This document shows positions 16,111-25,969 of a stretch of DNA of 43,650 nt, one piece after another; within the stretch, counting starts at the first letter, position 1, and each line of letters begins with the position of its first letter. This DNA is from Calditrichaceae bacterium. Its GTDB lineage: Bacteria; Calditrichota; Calditrichia; Calditrichales; JBFXGD01. The translations under genes were made by a program, and so were the position numbers. Location: contig JBFXLE010000029.1 in assembly GCA_050173015.1 (NCBI GenBank), positions 1 to 43,650 on the forward strand, read 5' to 3'. Under the pieces are notes generated by a model. It ran no database searches. It was given only the letters and a program-made list of their open reading frames with translations, and was not told the DNA's origin.

Positions 16111-17916
16111 ATGAGAAATACAATTTTAATCCTGTTGTTTCCCGCGGTTGTACTGGCTCAATACTGGGGGGAGCGCGCGAATGAAAAGAGTTTTGAACAA
16201 TCGTCGCTTTATTTCAACAGCTACTATTTAAATACGTTTGGTATTTATCAGTTCAGGGATGTCGCCGTGGGATTAATTGATGATCCGTTTTTGAATATGC
16301 ATCTAAATCCGGCCCGTTTTAAATCAGATACCCTCGCCAACACTCTGATGTACATGGATTTCCGTGGAGACCGGAAAGTCATAGAAGCGACTCAATATTA
16401 TCCCTATCCGTTGTATTATGATGATTATTATTACAGGAATTATATTATTGATCCGCGCTGGTACACGACTACACGCTCGGAACCGGAACCGGTATTTTCA
16501 TTCGGAATGATCACCTTCCCGGCCGGAAAGAATCTTTATATCGGCGGATCATATCAGTTGATCTACAAAAAAGAGCCTTACTATCAGGTGCCGACCTGGA
16601 TCTATAACACGAGGTATGGTTACGACGCGTTTGGCGAAAAAGTAGATACCGGAACGGAAATTCCGGTCGTTGACAGGTACGCGGGAGAAGATGAAATGCT
16701 GACTACGGCGCATATGATTTCGGGAAGCATTGGTTACCGGTTGTCAGAAGCGATTAGATTAGGTATCAATGTGAATTCCGTCGCGCATGACAGGGATGGC
16801 CTATATTTAAATGTTAATTCTGATGAGTATTCAACTTCTGGCGGCAGCGACTGGTATAATGCTTATTCTACCGATCGTGATCAGGAGTACAGTCATATTG
16901 ATATCAATGGAGGTCTTCTCTATCAATTATCGCCGAAAGTTAATATTGGAATAAAAGCCGGAATTTTGGACGGAAATGTAAAACAGAGTTTGAACAGGAC
17001 CGATTCGTCACATTATAATTACGACTATACTTATGACGACAGAACAGATTTTTCAAACAGTTTCAGCAGTGGGATAACAAGTCAGAACTGGGAACACGAC
17101 GGACAAAGCAAATACGGAAATATTAGCCTTAATTATGAAATGACTCCCGGAAACCATCTGAAAATCTATTATCAGCACGAAAACAAAGACATTGATTTAA
17201 CAAATAGCTCGGTCATCAATGATACTTCCTTTTATGCCAGCTCTTATTCCTGGGATACTACGAGGGTAACCAATCTCTACTGGTCATCCGTAAAAGACAT
17301 CCGCGACGCGACCGGCAAAAATGATATCACAATAAACCGGGGGATGTTTTCGTTTAGCCTGAAGGCAAGTCCCAAAAGCACTGTTTCCTTCGGATTTTAT
17401 TTTTCAAACACAGAATCGAGAACAAACACCGTCGAACCGGTTTCTGTAATCAGAGACTCCGAGAGTAAATATTATTATACCTATAATGAGTTATTTACAC
17501 CTGATACGTCACATTATATTTACTATGTGGAAGAAGATAAGCGGCTAACGTGGAAATACGAATCCAGTCTTAAAACCATGCAAATACCGGTTGTTCTCAA
17601 TTATATGATCGCGGAAAACTGGAATTTGATGCTTGGAGTAAACAGGATTTTAAACAGTTGGGAGATTAAAGAAGAAACCATCGCCTATTTTAACCTGCGG
17701 AAGAAAAATGAGAACGGAATCACCGGAGAAGAAACAAATTTTATAGAACGTTACAGGGAACCGACAAAAAATTATACGGAGAATGAAACGGATTTTATGG
17801 CGGGATTGAATGTAAAGGTTTCACCGAAGTTTACGATAAATATTCTCGTGGATCCGGAATCGGAGCCCGATTGGCGTATTTCACAATGGTGGCTGAGTTT
17901 TAGCGCAAAATTGTAA
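16111..17916 (+). CDS. Predicted outer-membrane beta-barrel protein, unknown function
   Basis: Signal peptide (..AVVLA/QY), Tyr/Ser/Asn-rich alternating strands, C-terminal amphipathic strand WWLSFSAKL. Confidence 0.65.
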   Translation: MRNTILILLFPAVVLAQYWGERANEKSFEQSSLYFNSYYLNTFGIYQFRDVAVGLIDDPFLNMHLNPARFKSDTLANTLMYMDFRGDRKVIEATQYYPYPLYYDDYYYRNYIIDPRWYTTTRSEPEPVFSFGMITFPAGKNLYIGGSYQLIYKKEPYYQVPTWIYNTRYGYDAFGEKVDTGTEIPVVDRYAGEDEMLTTAHMISGSIGYRLSEAIRLGINVNSVAHDRDGLYLNVNSDEYSTSGGSDWYNAYSTDRDQEYSHIDINGGLLYQLSPKVNIGIKAGILDGNVKQSLNRTDSSHYNYDYTYDDRTDFSNSFSSGITSQNWEHDGQSKYGNISLNYEMTPGNHLKIYYQHENKDIDLTNSSVINDTSFYASSYSWDTTRVTNLYWSSVKDIRDATGKNDITINRGMFSFSLKASPKSTVSFGFYFSNTESRTNTVEPVSVIRDSESKYYYTYNELFTPDTSHYIYYVEEDKRLTWKYESSLKTMQIPVVLNYMIAENWNLMLGVNRILNSWEIKEETIAYFNLRKKNENGITGEETNFIERYREPTKNYTENETDFMAGLNVKVSPKFTINILVDPESEPDWRISQWWLSFSAKL

Positions 17917-17949
17917 CTTAGGTTTTTAAATAAACCGGTGGAAACAAGC

Positions 17950-18402
17950 ATGAAGATGATAAAATACACCCTGTTAATCATTCTCCTGGTTGCGGGATGC
18001 GACGACCCCGTTTCACCTTCTTTGGATTATTCAGAAATGGAAATACATTATCAGAAGTCCGGAGGGTGGATTCCCGTAACCAATCTGTCGGTAAACGGCG
18101 CGGACGCGATCATAACCGGTTTTGAAATCAGTCAACAAGGGCAGTCGTCAGATACGCTTCGTCAAGATGCGGATCAGGCCGAATTAAACTTTCTGGCGGA
18201 GATTTTCTACAATTTTGATCAATATAAAGATTATTATGAGCCGGTTGATTTTTATACCGACGCGAATTATTATCAGACGGTGCTGATTTATAAAGGAAAA
18301 AGGGATACAGTGACGGTATATGACCTTGCCAGAGTGAATCTGCCTAAGGGTTTGAAGCGTATAATTGATGAGATGGAAAAAATATCAGACAGGTTATTTT
18401 AA
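17950..18402 (+). CDS. Lipoprotein, emfourin (protealysin-inhibitor)/DUF6438-like
   Basis: Lipobox VAGC; IHYQKSGGW ... TDANYYQTVL ... DTVTVYD ... LPKGLKRII resembles the emfourin-family pattern (by eye). Confidence 0.55.
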   Translation: MKMIKYTLLIILLVAGCDDPVSPSLDYSEMEIHYQKSGGWIPVTNLSVNGADAIITGFEISQQGQSSDTLRQDADQAELNFLAEIFYNFDQYKDYYEPVDFYTDANYYQTVLIYKGKRDTVTVYDLARVNLPKGLKRIIDEMEKISDRLF

Positions 18403-18416
18403 CCGGGAGAAAAAAG

Positions 18417-18848
18417 TTGAAAAAATTGTCATTTATTCCGGTTTTGATTATGATTCTTGCCTTTTTCTGGAATTGCGGTGATGATGAATTAACCGCTACA
18501 GGGAAATTGCTGAAAATGGCAAGTGATACCATTGAAGTTGCCTATGGCGATACCGTATATGCTCCGGGAGGGTATGATCGTATCACATTTGATTCCCTGC
18601 TCCAGGAAAGCCGCTGTCCCACAGGCGTTGTCTGTGTTTGGGAAGGAAACGGTTCCATTCAGATGTCACTGCTCACTGAATCAAAGAAAGTTTCATTCAT
18701 TCTGAATACGCATCCGGACTTCACTAACGATACCACAACGGTTGGTTATTATATTTCGTTGGTTGAATTAAATCCGTATCCACATATAGACAGTACGTAC
18801 ACAGAGAAAGATTACCGCGCGGTTATACTTGTAAGAACCGAGATTTGA
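18417..18848 (+). CDS. Lipoprotein with SRCP..VVCVWEG disulfide loop
   Basis: Leader ending FWNC then GDDE; ESRCPTGVVCVWEGN and LNPYP motifs; TTG start with GGGAG RBS. Confidence 0.8.
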   Translation: MKKLSFIPVLIMILAFFWNCGDDELTATGKLLKMASDTIEVAYGDTVYAPGGYDRITFDSLLQESRCPTGVVCVWEGNGSIQMSLLTESKKVSFILNTHPDFTNDTTTVGYYISLVELNPYPHIDSTYTEKDYRAVILVRTEI

Positions 18849-18885
18849 TCAGTTTATTATTCAATATTTTATCAGGGGACAAGAT

Positions 18886-19365
18886 ATGAAATCACTAATT
18901 TTTATTCTCACTTTAATAATTGTTTTTCTGACCGCGTGCAGGGAAGATGATCAGGTCACGGATTTTTCGCTTCGCGCGGTATCGGGTTCGAATGTTATAA
19001 TTATTGGCAATATTGACAGCGTGCAGATATTTGAAGATTATGTTTCTCTCGAGGATGTCAGCATGAGCGGGGATACGCTGATTTTGAATGTTGCTTATTC
19101 CGGCGGATGCAAAGAACATGAATTTTCACTTTTCGCGTCAACAGATTTTGCGGAATCATATCCTGTGCAGGCATCCATTTATCTTTCGCATAATTCGAAT
19201 GATGACCGGTGTAAGGCATTGATCAAAGAAGATCTGCGTTTCAATTTATCCATATTAAAAGACGAATACAGGAAATTGTATAATGACAACGGGCCGATTG
19301 ATCTGAACCTGTTCGCGCCGGGGGTATCTGATGCGCGTAAACCCCTTATCAGATATTCATTTTAA
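18886..19365 (+). CDS. Lipoprotein with NigD-C-like domain
   Basis: Lipobox LTAC; YSGGCKEHEF, ESYPVQ, HNSNDDRCKA, FNLS pattern. Confidence 0.7.
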   Translation: MKSLIFILTLIIVFLTACREDDQVTDFSLRAVSGSNVIIIGNIDSVQIFEDYVSLEDVSMSGDTLILNVAYSGGCKEHEFSLFASTDFAESYPVQASIYLSHNSNDDRCKALIKEDLRFNLSILKDEYRKLYNDNGPIDLNLFAPGVSDARKPLIRYSF

Positions 19366-19455
19366 GTATGGTGATTAATATTTTTCTTTCGGGAGTACAT
19401 CTGAAAAGGTATATTGAAATAAATTCAATTCAGGAAGTTTCACTAACAAGATAAT

Positions 19456-19848
19456 TTGATGGTTACAAATATGACCTTTTCATTCATGATTCTTTTATTC
19501 GCGGGCGGATGTATTTCCGGCGGACAGGATGATAATTACATCATCAGTCAGGTATATTCAATCGATTCGGTAAAAATCATAAAATCGGCAGATCTTGAAT
19601 ATTCCGCGCGTATCAAAGCCGCGGTGCCAAATCCCTGTCACGAGTATTCTCACATCGATCTGGTAAGGGAAGGTAACGACATACAGGTGCTTGTATATTC
19701 GAAGATCAGAAAGGATGTGACGTGCATTCAGGTTCTGGGTTCGATAGAAGCCGAAATATCGTTCAAAGTTGAATCGGCCGGGGACTATAAGATCCACTTC
19801 AAGGGAAGAAGCCGCGTGTTGGATGTCGAAGCGGAAATCAAAGATTAG
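19456..19848 (+). CDS. Small lipoprotein with paired cysteines (Ig-like)
   Basis: Lipobox AGGC; PNPCHEY ... DVTCIQVL ... GDYKIHF; exact start uncertain. Confidence 0.7.
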   Translation: MMVTNMTFSFMILLFAGGCISGGQDDNYIISQVYSIDSVKIIKSADLEYSARIKAAVPNPCHEYSHIDLVREGNDIQVLVYSKIRKDVTCIQVLGSIEAEISFKVESAGDYKIHFKGRSRVLDVEAEIKD

Positions 19849-19928
19849 CCCGGGGGTGAAAGTCAGAATCTATGGAGGTTACGTCCACAACTGCACAATT
19901 CTGATTTCGCGCCGAACCATGGGAATTA

Positions 19929-21341
19929 ATGGACTATCATCGAGATCGAATGAACCGGATTTTCAACATATCATTCAAAACGAGAATCATTTTAATATTC
20001 AGCCTGATTCTGATTCTGCTCGTCGGTTTAATGGCCAGGGTCAGCTATGTCTTTGTCAGTGAAATTTACCAGCGACAGCTCGAAGAACAGGTATTGCTGT
20101 TAAACGAACTTACAGCGGATGGACTGGACGAAAAATATCTGGATTATATCGAACCAGCGGCTGATAATTTTGCCTACGAATTTTATAAAAATATTTTGGC
20201 GGATAACGTTAAGCGTATGCGGATCAGCAACGCGTTTTTGTTTAACGATAATATGCAGATTCTGATCAGTGTCAATCAGGAAATTTCCGATGCAAGACTG
20301 CTCCTCAACCGGAGTGAGATCAGCGAATTAACTTCGGGTAAAGGCATCATATCCACGCCTTTCAAGGCACAAGATGGTCAATGGTATCTGTGGGGATTTT
20401 ACCGGTTAAATGATCACTATTATCTCGGAATCCAGGAGAGCGCCACGCGTCTTGCCCGGCTGGATGAATTATCACTCATGTTTCTGGTCATTGGTATCGC
20501 GGGAATCGTTATCGTGGTCGGAGGAAGCTGGTTTGTAGCGCGCGCCATCATCAGCCCGATTAATAAACTGGCCAATTTCAGTTCAGACATAGGAAGCGGG
20601 CATTTTAAAACGGAGATTCCGGAAAATATAACAGGTGAATTGGCGGTATTAAGAGACGCGCTTGTAAAAATGAGAGACGACCTTGAGCAAATGCAGAAGG
20701 ATAAGGAGAATATTTTCGCTGAAATCGCCCATGAGATCAGAAACCCGCTCGGGGGGATAGAGCTTCTTGCCGGCCTTGTCCGGGAAGAAACCGACCCATC
20801 GAGTAAAAATAATGTTTATCTGAATAAAATCCTGGAAGAAGTCCAGTCACTAAAATCCCAGATCACCGCGTATCTGGATTACAGCCGCCCCCTGACACCT
20901 GAGCCGCAAGAGATAAACCTGGATCAATTATGCGGTGAATTAAACGGCCTGTTTCTGAATCAAATGGAAGAAAAAAAGATCCGACTTGAATACCGGAATC
21001 GTTTGGATACGATCAGGTTTGACAAACAGCACCTCAGGCAGATACTCATAAATCTTGTAGCGAACAGCATTGAAGCGATAGGCCGGGAAGGGATAGTTAC
21101 CATAGAGTCTTACCAAAAAACTGATCATTCATATATTACGGTAAGCGACAGCGGACACGGTATCAAAAAAGAAGATTTGGCAAATTTGTTTAAACCGTTT
21201 TTTACGACAAGAAAAAAAGGCACCGGTCTTGGATTGTCGGTTTGCAAAAAACTTTGCGGTGAAAACAATGCCGAGATTTCTGTGCTGAACAATGCCGATA
21301 AAGGCTGCACATTTCAGATCATGATGAAAAATGAAATTTAA
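19929..21341 (+). CDS. Sensor histidine kinase (2 TM, periplasmic sensor, HAMP, HisKA, HATPase)
   Basis: AEIAHEIRNPL H-box, ILINLVANSIEA N-box, DSGHGI, FKPFFTT, GTGLGL; alternative start at 19950. Confidence 0.95.
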   Translation: MDYHRDRMNRIFNISFKTRIILIFSLILILLVGLMARVSYVFVSEIYQRQLEEQVLLLNELTADGLDEKYLDYIEPAADNFAYEFYKNILADNVKRMRISNAFLFNDNMQILISVNQEISDARLLLNRSEISELTSGKGIISTPFKAQDGQWYLWGFYRLNDHYYLGIQESATRLARLDELSLMFLVIGIAGIVIVVGGSWFVARAIISPINKLANFSSDIGSGHFKTEIPENITGELAVLRDALVKMRDDLEQMQKDKENIFAEIAHEIRNPLGGIELLAGLVREETDPSSKNNVYLNKILEEVQSLKSQITAYLDYSRPLTPEPQEINLDQLCGELNGLFLNQMEEKKIRLEYRNRLDTIRFDKQHLRQILINLVANSIEAIGREGIVTIESYQKTDHSYITVSDSGHGIKKEDLANLFKPFFTTRKKGTGLGLSVCKKLCGENNAEISVLNNADKGCTFQIMMKNEI

Positions 21342-21363
21342 AATGGCGGAATGAGATAAGATA

Positions 21364-22734
21364 ATGCATACTGATCAGATTATCATCGTTGAGGATAACG
21401 ATTCAATGAGAATGGGGATGGCGGAAAGTCTCCGGCGTGAGGGTTATCCGGTATTTGAGTTCACGGAAGGCGCTCACGCGCTGGAACATATGAAATCCCA
21501 TCCGGCGGCGCTCGTCATAACCGATCTAAAAATGGAGCCGATGGATGGTCTGGCGGTGTTAAAGAAGGTCAGGGAGAAACACCCCGATACAGAGGTTTTA
21601 ATGGTCTCTGCGTATGGGACGGTGAATGTTGCCGTAGACGCGATGCGCATGGGCGCCGTTGATTTTATGACCAAGCCATTTTCCAATGACGAGTTGCGGA
21701 TCCGGGTTAAAAATATCCTACAGAAAGTGGAAAAAGACCGCTTGATTAACCGGCTGCGGGACGTGAATGAGTACCTTTTGGATGAAATTTCATCTGAGTA
21801 TGAACAAATCATCGGAAGTTCTCCTCCCATGCTGGAAATATTCAGATTGATTGATAAAATAGCCAAAGAGGAAAGTGTCATACTGATTGAAGGGGAGAGC
21901 GGCACGGGAAAGGAACTTGTGGCAAGGGCGATACACAGAAAAAGTAAACGGTCTGATCAGTCATTTGTGCGGGTAAATTGCGGCGCGTTAAATGATAATC
22001 TGCTCGAGAGTGAGTTGTTCGGCCATGAAAAAGGCGCGTTCACCGGAGCAGTGCGCAGGAAAAAAGGCAGATTTGAACTGGCGGACGGCGGGACGCTCTT
22101 TCTGGATGAGATTGGTGATATTTCTCCCAATATGCAGGTAAAATTACTGCGCGCGATTCAGGAAAAGGAATTTGAGCGGGTCGGCGGTGAAAAAACACTA
22201 AAAGTCAATGTCCGGATCATTGCCGCCACCAATAAAAATCTTCAAAAATTAATCGCTGCCGGTAAATTCAGAGAGGACCTTTTCTACCGTTTGAGCGTGA
22301 TCCCGGTAAAGCTTCCGGCATTGAGACAGAGGAAAGATGATATACCGCTCCTTATTGACCATTTTTTAGAAAAACAGGGTAATAAAGGTTCACTAAAGAA
22401 AACGTTTTCATCACGCTCAATTTCGCTTCTGCAGGATTATTCCTGGCCCGGAAATATCCGCGAGCTGGAAAATCTGATCGAACGGCTCTGCGTGATATCA
22501 CAGGAGTCCGAGATTGAAGCGGAGACGGTCGCGTCATACATATCCGGTTTTCGCGGCGCGGTACCGGATCAGGTTGGTCTCCCGCTGGAAGAAGCGCTTT
22601 ATTCATTTGAGAAGAATCTGATCCAGCAGGCCATGAAAAACGCAGATGGTGTAAAAAACCAGGCGGCAAAGCTGCTGGGTATTCGTACGAGCACGCTTTA
22701 TTATAAACTTGAAAAATTTGGAATGATCGAATGA
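21364..22734 (+). CDS. NtrC-family sigma54-dependent response regulator
   Basis: Receiver (VEDND, TDLKM, KPF), [38 protein letters not shown]-terminal Fis-type HTH. Confidence 0.97.
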   Translation: MHTDQIIIVEDNDSMRMGMAESLRREGYPVFEFTEGAHALEHMKSHPAALVITDLKMEPMDGLAVLKKVREKHPDTEVLMVSAYGTVNVAVDAMRMGAVDFMTKPFSNDELRIRVKNILQKVEKDRLINRLRDVNEYLLDEISSEYEQIIGSSPPMLEIFRLIDKIAKEESVILIEGESGTGKELVARAIHRKSKRSDQSFVRVNCGALNDNLLESELFGHEKGAFTGAVRRKKGRFELADGGTLFLDEIGDISPNMQVKLLRAIQEKEFERVGGEKTLKVNVRIIAATNKNLQKLIAAGKFREDLFYRLSVIPVKLPALRQRKDDIPLLIDHFLEKQGNKGSLKKTFSSRSISLLQDYSWPGNIRELENLIERLCVISQESEIEAETVASYISGFRGAVPDQVGLPLEEALYSFEKNLIQQAMKNADGVKNQAAKLLGIRTSTLYYKLEKFGMIE

Positions 22735-23684
22735 GAATGATGATTTTGGCTATATTACTCTTTTTCTCAACTCTGACGGCGCAATCGTTATCAGATGAAG
22801 AACAGAAAATGATGTCTCTTGAGAAAAAAGAGCAGCTGCAAAACATGAAGATTGATTCCTTAAGAAAGAATTATGAGACAGCGCTTGACAAGATTGATCA
22901 AAAAAAATCAGCGAAGGAGGCAGATTCAAAAGAAATCGCATCCATGATGGCCGGCGCGTTTGATATTTCAAAAAAAATCGAAAAAGAAGAGGCGGTCTTA
23001 AAAAGCATTCATGATAATCTTCAGACGGTAAAATTAACCATTTATAAAATCTGTACCCAAAAGATTGATTCTCTGCAGAATAAAACCGGGAAAAAAAGCA
23101 ATGATTCTGAAAAGAAAAAAATAGAGCAGGAAATATTGAGACTTGCCGAAAAACGGATGCTGGCCTTGCCCGTACTCACGGATCTGAAATTCGATCCGCG
23201 GAAAATCCGGGATATTGACCTGAAAAGCGCTTCCGAGGGTATCGAAGAGTCCATATTCAAAGATTATCTCGCTAAGGCGCTGGCTGAAATCGATTCTCAC
23301 CTGACTGCGATCCGGCAAAGACGCGGCGATCTTGATGAAATGAAAAGGCTGGAGGCAAAAGCGGAGATTTTTCTGGCCGACGCGCAGGACAGCAGAATTT
23401 TTGAATTCTATCCTCAATCCCAGGATGATCTATCAACCAGACCGGCTGAAACTTCAGATTACCAGTATGATTATAATAAAAGCGGCCAGATTGACGCGTT
23501 CCGGACCATGATTTTACAATTATATGAAGTCGGGCCCGAAATAGGCATCAATTCTCAAAACAAAAATATTTTATCGGAGGATAAGTCGCTGAGCAGAGAT
23601 CAGTATCTTGAGTTAATAAAAACCACCCAAAAGTATCTTGAGCTATATCGGAAACTGATATTAAAAAAAATGGAAAACCGATAG
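22731..23684 (+). CDS. Exported helical/coiled-coil protein, unknown function
   Basis: Signal peptide (..STLTA/QS), Lys/Glu-rich helical composition; ATGA overlap with the regulator. Confidence 0.75.
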   Translation: MRMMILAILLFFSTLTAQSLSDEEQKMMSLEKKEQLQNMKIDSLRKNYETALDKIDQKKSAKEADSKEIASMMAGAFDISKKIEKEEAVLKSIHDNLQTVKLTIYKICTQKIDSLQNKTGKKSNDSEKKKIEQEILRLAEKRMLALPVLTDLKFDPRKIRDIDLKSASEGIEESIFKDYLAKALAEIDSHLTAIRQRRGDLDEMKRLEAKAEIFLADAQDSRIFEFYPQSQDDLSTRPAETSDYQYDYNKSGQIDAFRTMILQLYEVGPEIGINSQNKNILSEDKSLSRDQYLELIKTTQKYLELYRKLILKKMENR

Positions 23685-23701
23685 GATTGATGCCGTTCTG
23701 A

Positions 23702-24712
23702 ATGAGATCACAGATGAAAATTCAAATAATCGCGCCGCTGCTTTTCTTTATTATCGCGTTTACGGACGCTGCTGAAAAAATCCAGTTTCAACTGGGGGCG
23801 GAAGCCGGTGGGTATCGCTCGGAATACGTGGATGGTAGATTTGTGTCCAGAATCTTCGGGCGTTTTGATTATCAAAATCAATTTAACAATAATTATGTGC
23901 AGTTAAAGGCCCGTGTATTTCCCGAACGCTACGGATTTGAAAACAGCGTAAACGCGCTGAAATTTTCAGGAGATCTGACGTTTGGCAAATCTCATGAGAC
24001 ATTTAACTGGCAGTTACGTCTGTATGATAAGCGTTATTTTTATTTCAGTGATATTTTTGACAACATTTCATTCGATGTGTTTCTTCTTGGCGGACAGATT
24101 TCTAAATTCGTCAGCCCGTTGACTGTTTTAAGATTGGCTCTGGACTATACCTACCGTGACCTGTCGGAACAACCCCGCAACCGCCTGGACAGTTTTACAA
24201 GCGCGCTGGCCCTGTCACACCGGATTCAGCGCAACAGTTTGATAAGTTTTGTGATCGGCGCCGAAAACTATGAGATACAGTTCGATAGCATAGAACCGGA
24301 ACCTGCCCGAAACAACGGCTGGAGAATTGGGCCCGGGATCAGCTATCACCATAAATCTGTTTATTTATTTGATTTTTCCTATCAGTTTATTCTGGAATCA
24401 TCTGACCTATCGGAAGAATCTTCCCGGGAGCATCAGATAAAAATTTTATGGGGCCGATTTTTGAGTAAAAAATGGTCTCTGTTCCTTTACGGAGATTACC
24501 GATATTTTAGTGATAAAGTAAAAGATATACCCGCGGATCTCTCATATACGCCGGTAAATAACGAAAACTGGTATTATATCAAACTGGGCTATGATATTGA
24601 TATAAAGAGAGAAATCTACTTAAAGACAGGATATTCAAAAGAAGACCTGATCTACAGCAGCCGCTCTCTGTCCGGCTGGCAGGGTCTGCTGGGATTTAAT
24701 TTAGCTCTGTAG
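23702..24712 (+). CDS. Predicted outer-membrane beta-barrel protein, unknown function
   Basis: Signal peptide, aromatic-rich alternating strands, C-terminal strand WQGLLGFNLAL. Confidence 0.65.
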   Translation: MRSQMKIQIIAPLLFFIIAFTDAAEKIQFQLGAEAGGYRSEYVDGRFVSRIFGRFDYQNQFNNNYVQLKARVFPERYGFENSVNALKFSGDLTFGKSHETFNWQLRLYDKRYFYFSDIFDNISFDVFLLGGQISKFVSPLTVLRLALDYTYRDLSEQPRNRLDSFTSALALSHRIQRNSLISFVIGAENYEIQFDSIEPEPARNNGWRIGPGISYHHKSVYLFDFSYQFILESSDLSEESSREHQIKILWGRFLSKKWSLFLYGDYRYFSDKVKDIPADLSYTPVNNENWYYIKLGYDIDIKREIYLKTGYSKEDLIYSSRSLSGWQGLLGFNLAL

Positions 24713-24843
24713 GTATTACTCCCGCCTCAATTTCATCTTTTGATATGATTAAATAATTCCGAAAATTATTCATTGATAAGAATATTCTGTTGAAGAATCG
24801 GGTTTGTATCTTTGGCAATAAAAATAACAGACGGAGAAGTGAT

Positions 24844-25944
24844 ATGCTGGGTCATCGTTTTACAAAATATGTGCCCGGAAATACTGATGAACCTTCATTT
24901 GAGTCTCTGCTTGAAGTCTTTTTACAGCTGATCACATATACCGGCGGGAATGTGTCTGAAGCATTAAGCTGGATGAATCAGTTAGATCAAAAATATAATA
25001 TGACTGATGACAGTTATGGGATGGGCAATTTCATCGATGATCTTAAAGAGAAGGGATTCATAGAGGAAAGCTCGTCAGAATCGGGTGTATTTGCCGTAAC
25101 ATCAAAGGCGGGGCAGACTATTCGCCGTCGCGCCCTTGAAGAAATTTTCGGAAAGCTCAAAAAAGCGGGAAGGGGCAATCACCGGACCCCAAAGGCCGGA
25201 TTTGGCGATGAAACCAACGGAGAGCGCAGAAATTATGAATTCGGCGACTACATGGATCAGATTGATACAACGACATCGATTAGAAACGCACAGATTAATC
25301 ACGGTATTGACGAATTTAAACTAACCGAAAGGGATCTTGTCGTTGAAGAGCAGGAATATAAAACGCAAACATCGACGGTGTTGATGATTGACATATCGCA
25401 TTCTATGGTGCTTTATGGTGAAGACCGCATTACACCCGCGAAGAAGGTGGCAATGGCATTATCCGAGCTGATCATTACCCGTTATCCGAAAGACACGCTT
25501 GATATCATCGCCTTCGGTAATGATGCCTGGCCGATCGAAGTGAAGGATCTCCCATATCTGCAGGTGGGACCATATCACACGAATACTTATGACGGGCTGG
25601 GGCTTGGGATGGATATCCTGCGCCGCAGGAAAACAAACAATAAACAGATTTTTATGATCACCGATGGTAAACCGACCTGTCTCAGGGAAGGAAATAAATA
25701 TTACAAAAACAGTTTTGGTCTGGATCGTAAAATTATAAATAAAACCTTAAATCAGGCCGCGCGCTGCAGGCGATTAAATATTCCGATTACAACATTTATG
25801 ATCGCTAAAGATCCGTATTTACAGAAATTTGTCAGGGAATTTACCAGGATTAATAACGGCCGCGCTTTTTACAGCAGCCTTACCGGTTTGGGGGATTATA
25901 TTTTTGAAGATTATATCCGGAACCGCAGAAAGCGGGTTCGCTAG
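24844..25944 (+). CDS. VWA-domain protein
   Basis: MIDAS motif MIDISHS, HTNT, MITDG; GGAG before ATG 24844. Confidence 0.88.
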   Translation: MLGHRFTKYVPGNTDEPSFESLLEVFLQLITYTGGNVSEALSWMNQLDQKYNMTDDSYGMGNFIDDLKEKGFIEESSSESGVFAVTSKAGQTIRRRALEEIFGKLKKAGRGNHRTPKAGFGDETNGERRNYEFGDYMDQIDTTTSIRNAQINHGIDEFKLTERDLVVEEQEYKTQTSTVLMIDISHSMVLYGEDRITPAKKVAMALSELIITRYPKDTLDIIAFGNDAWPIEVKDLPYLQVGPYHTNTYDGLGLGMDILRRRKTNNKQIFMITDGKPTCLREGNKYYKNSFGLDRKIINKTLNQAARCRRLNIPITTFMIAKDPYLQKFVREFTRINNGRAFYSSLTGLGDYIFEDYIRNRRKRVR

Positions 25945-25969
25945 TTAGATCAAAAAAGGAGTTGTTAGC

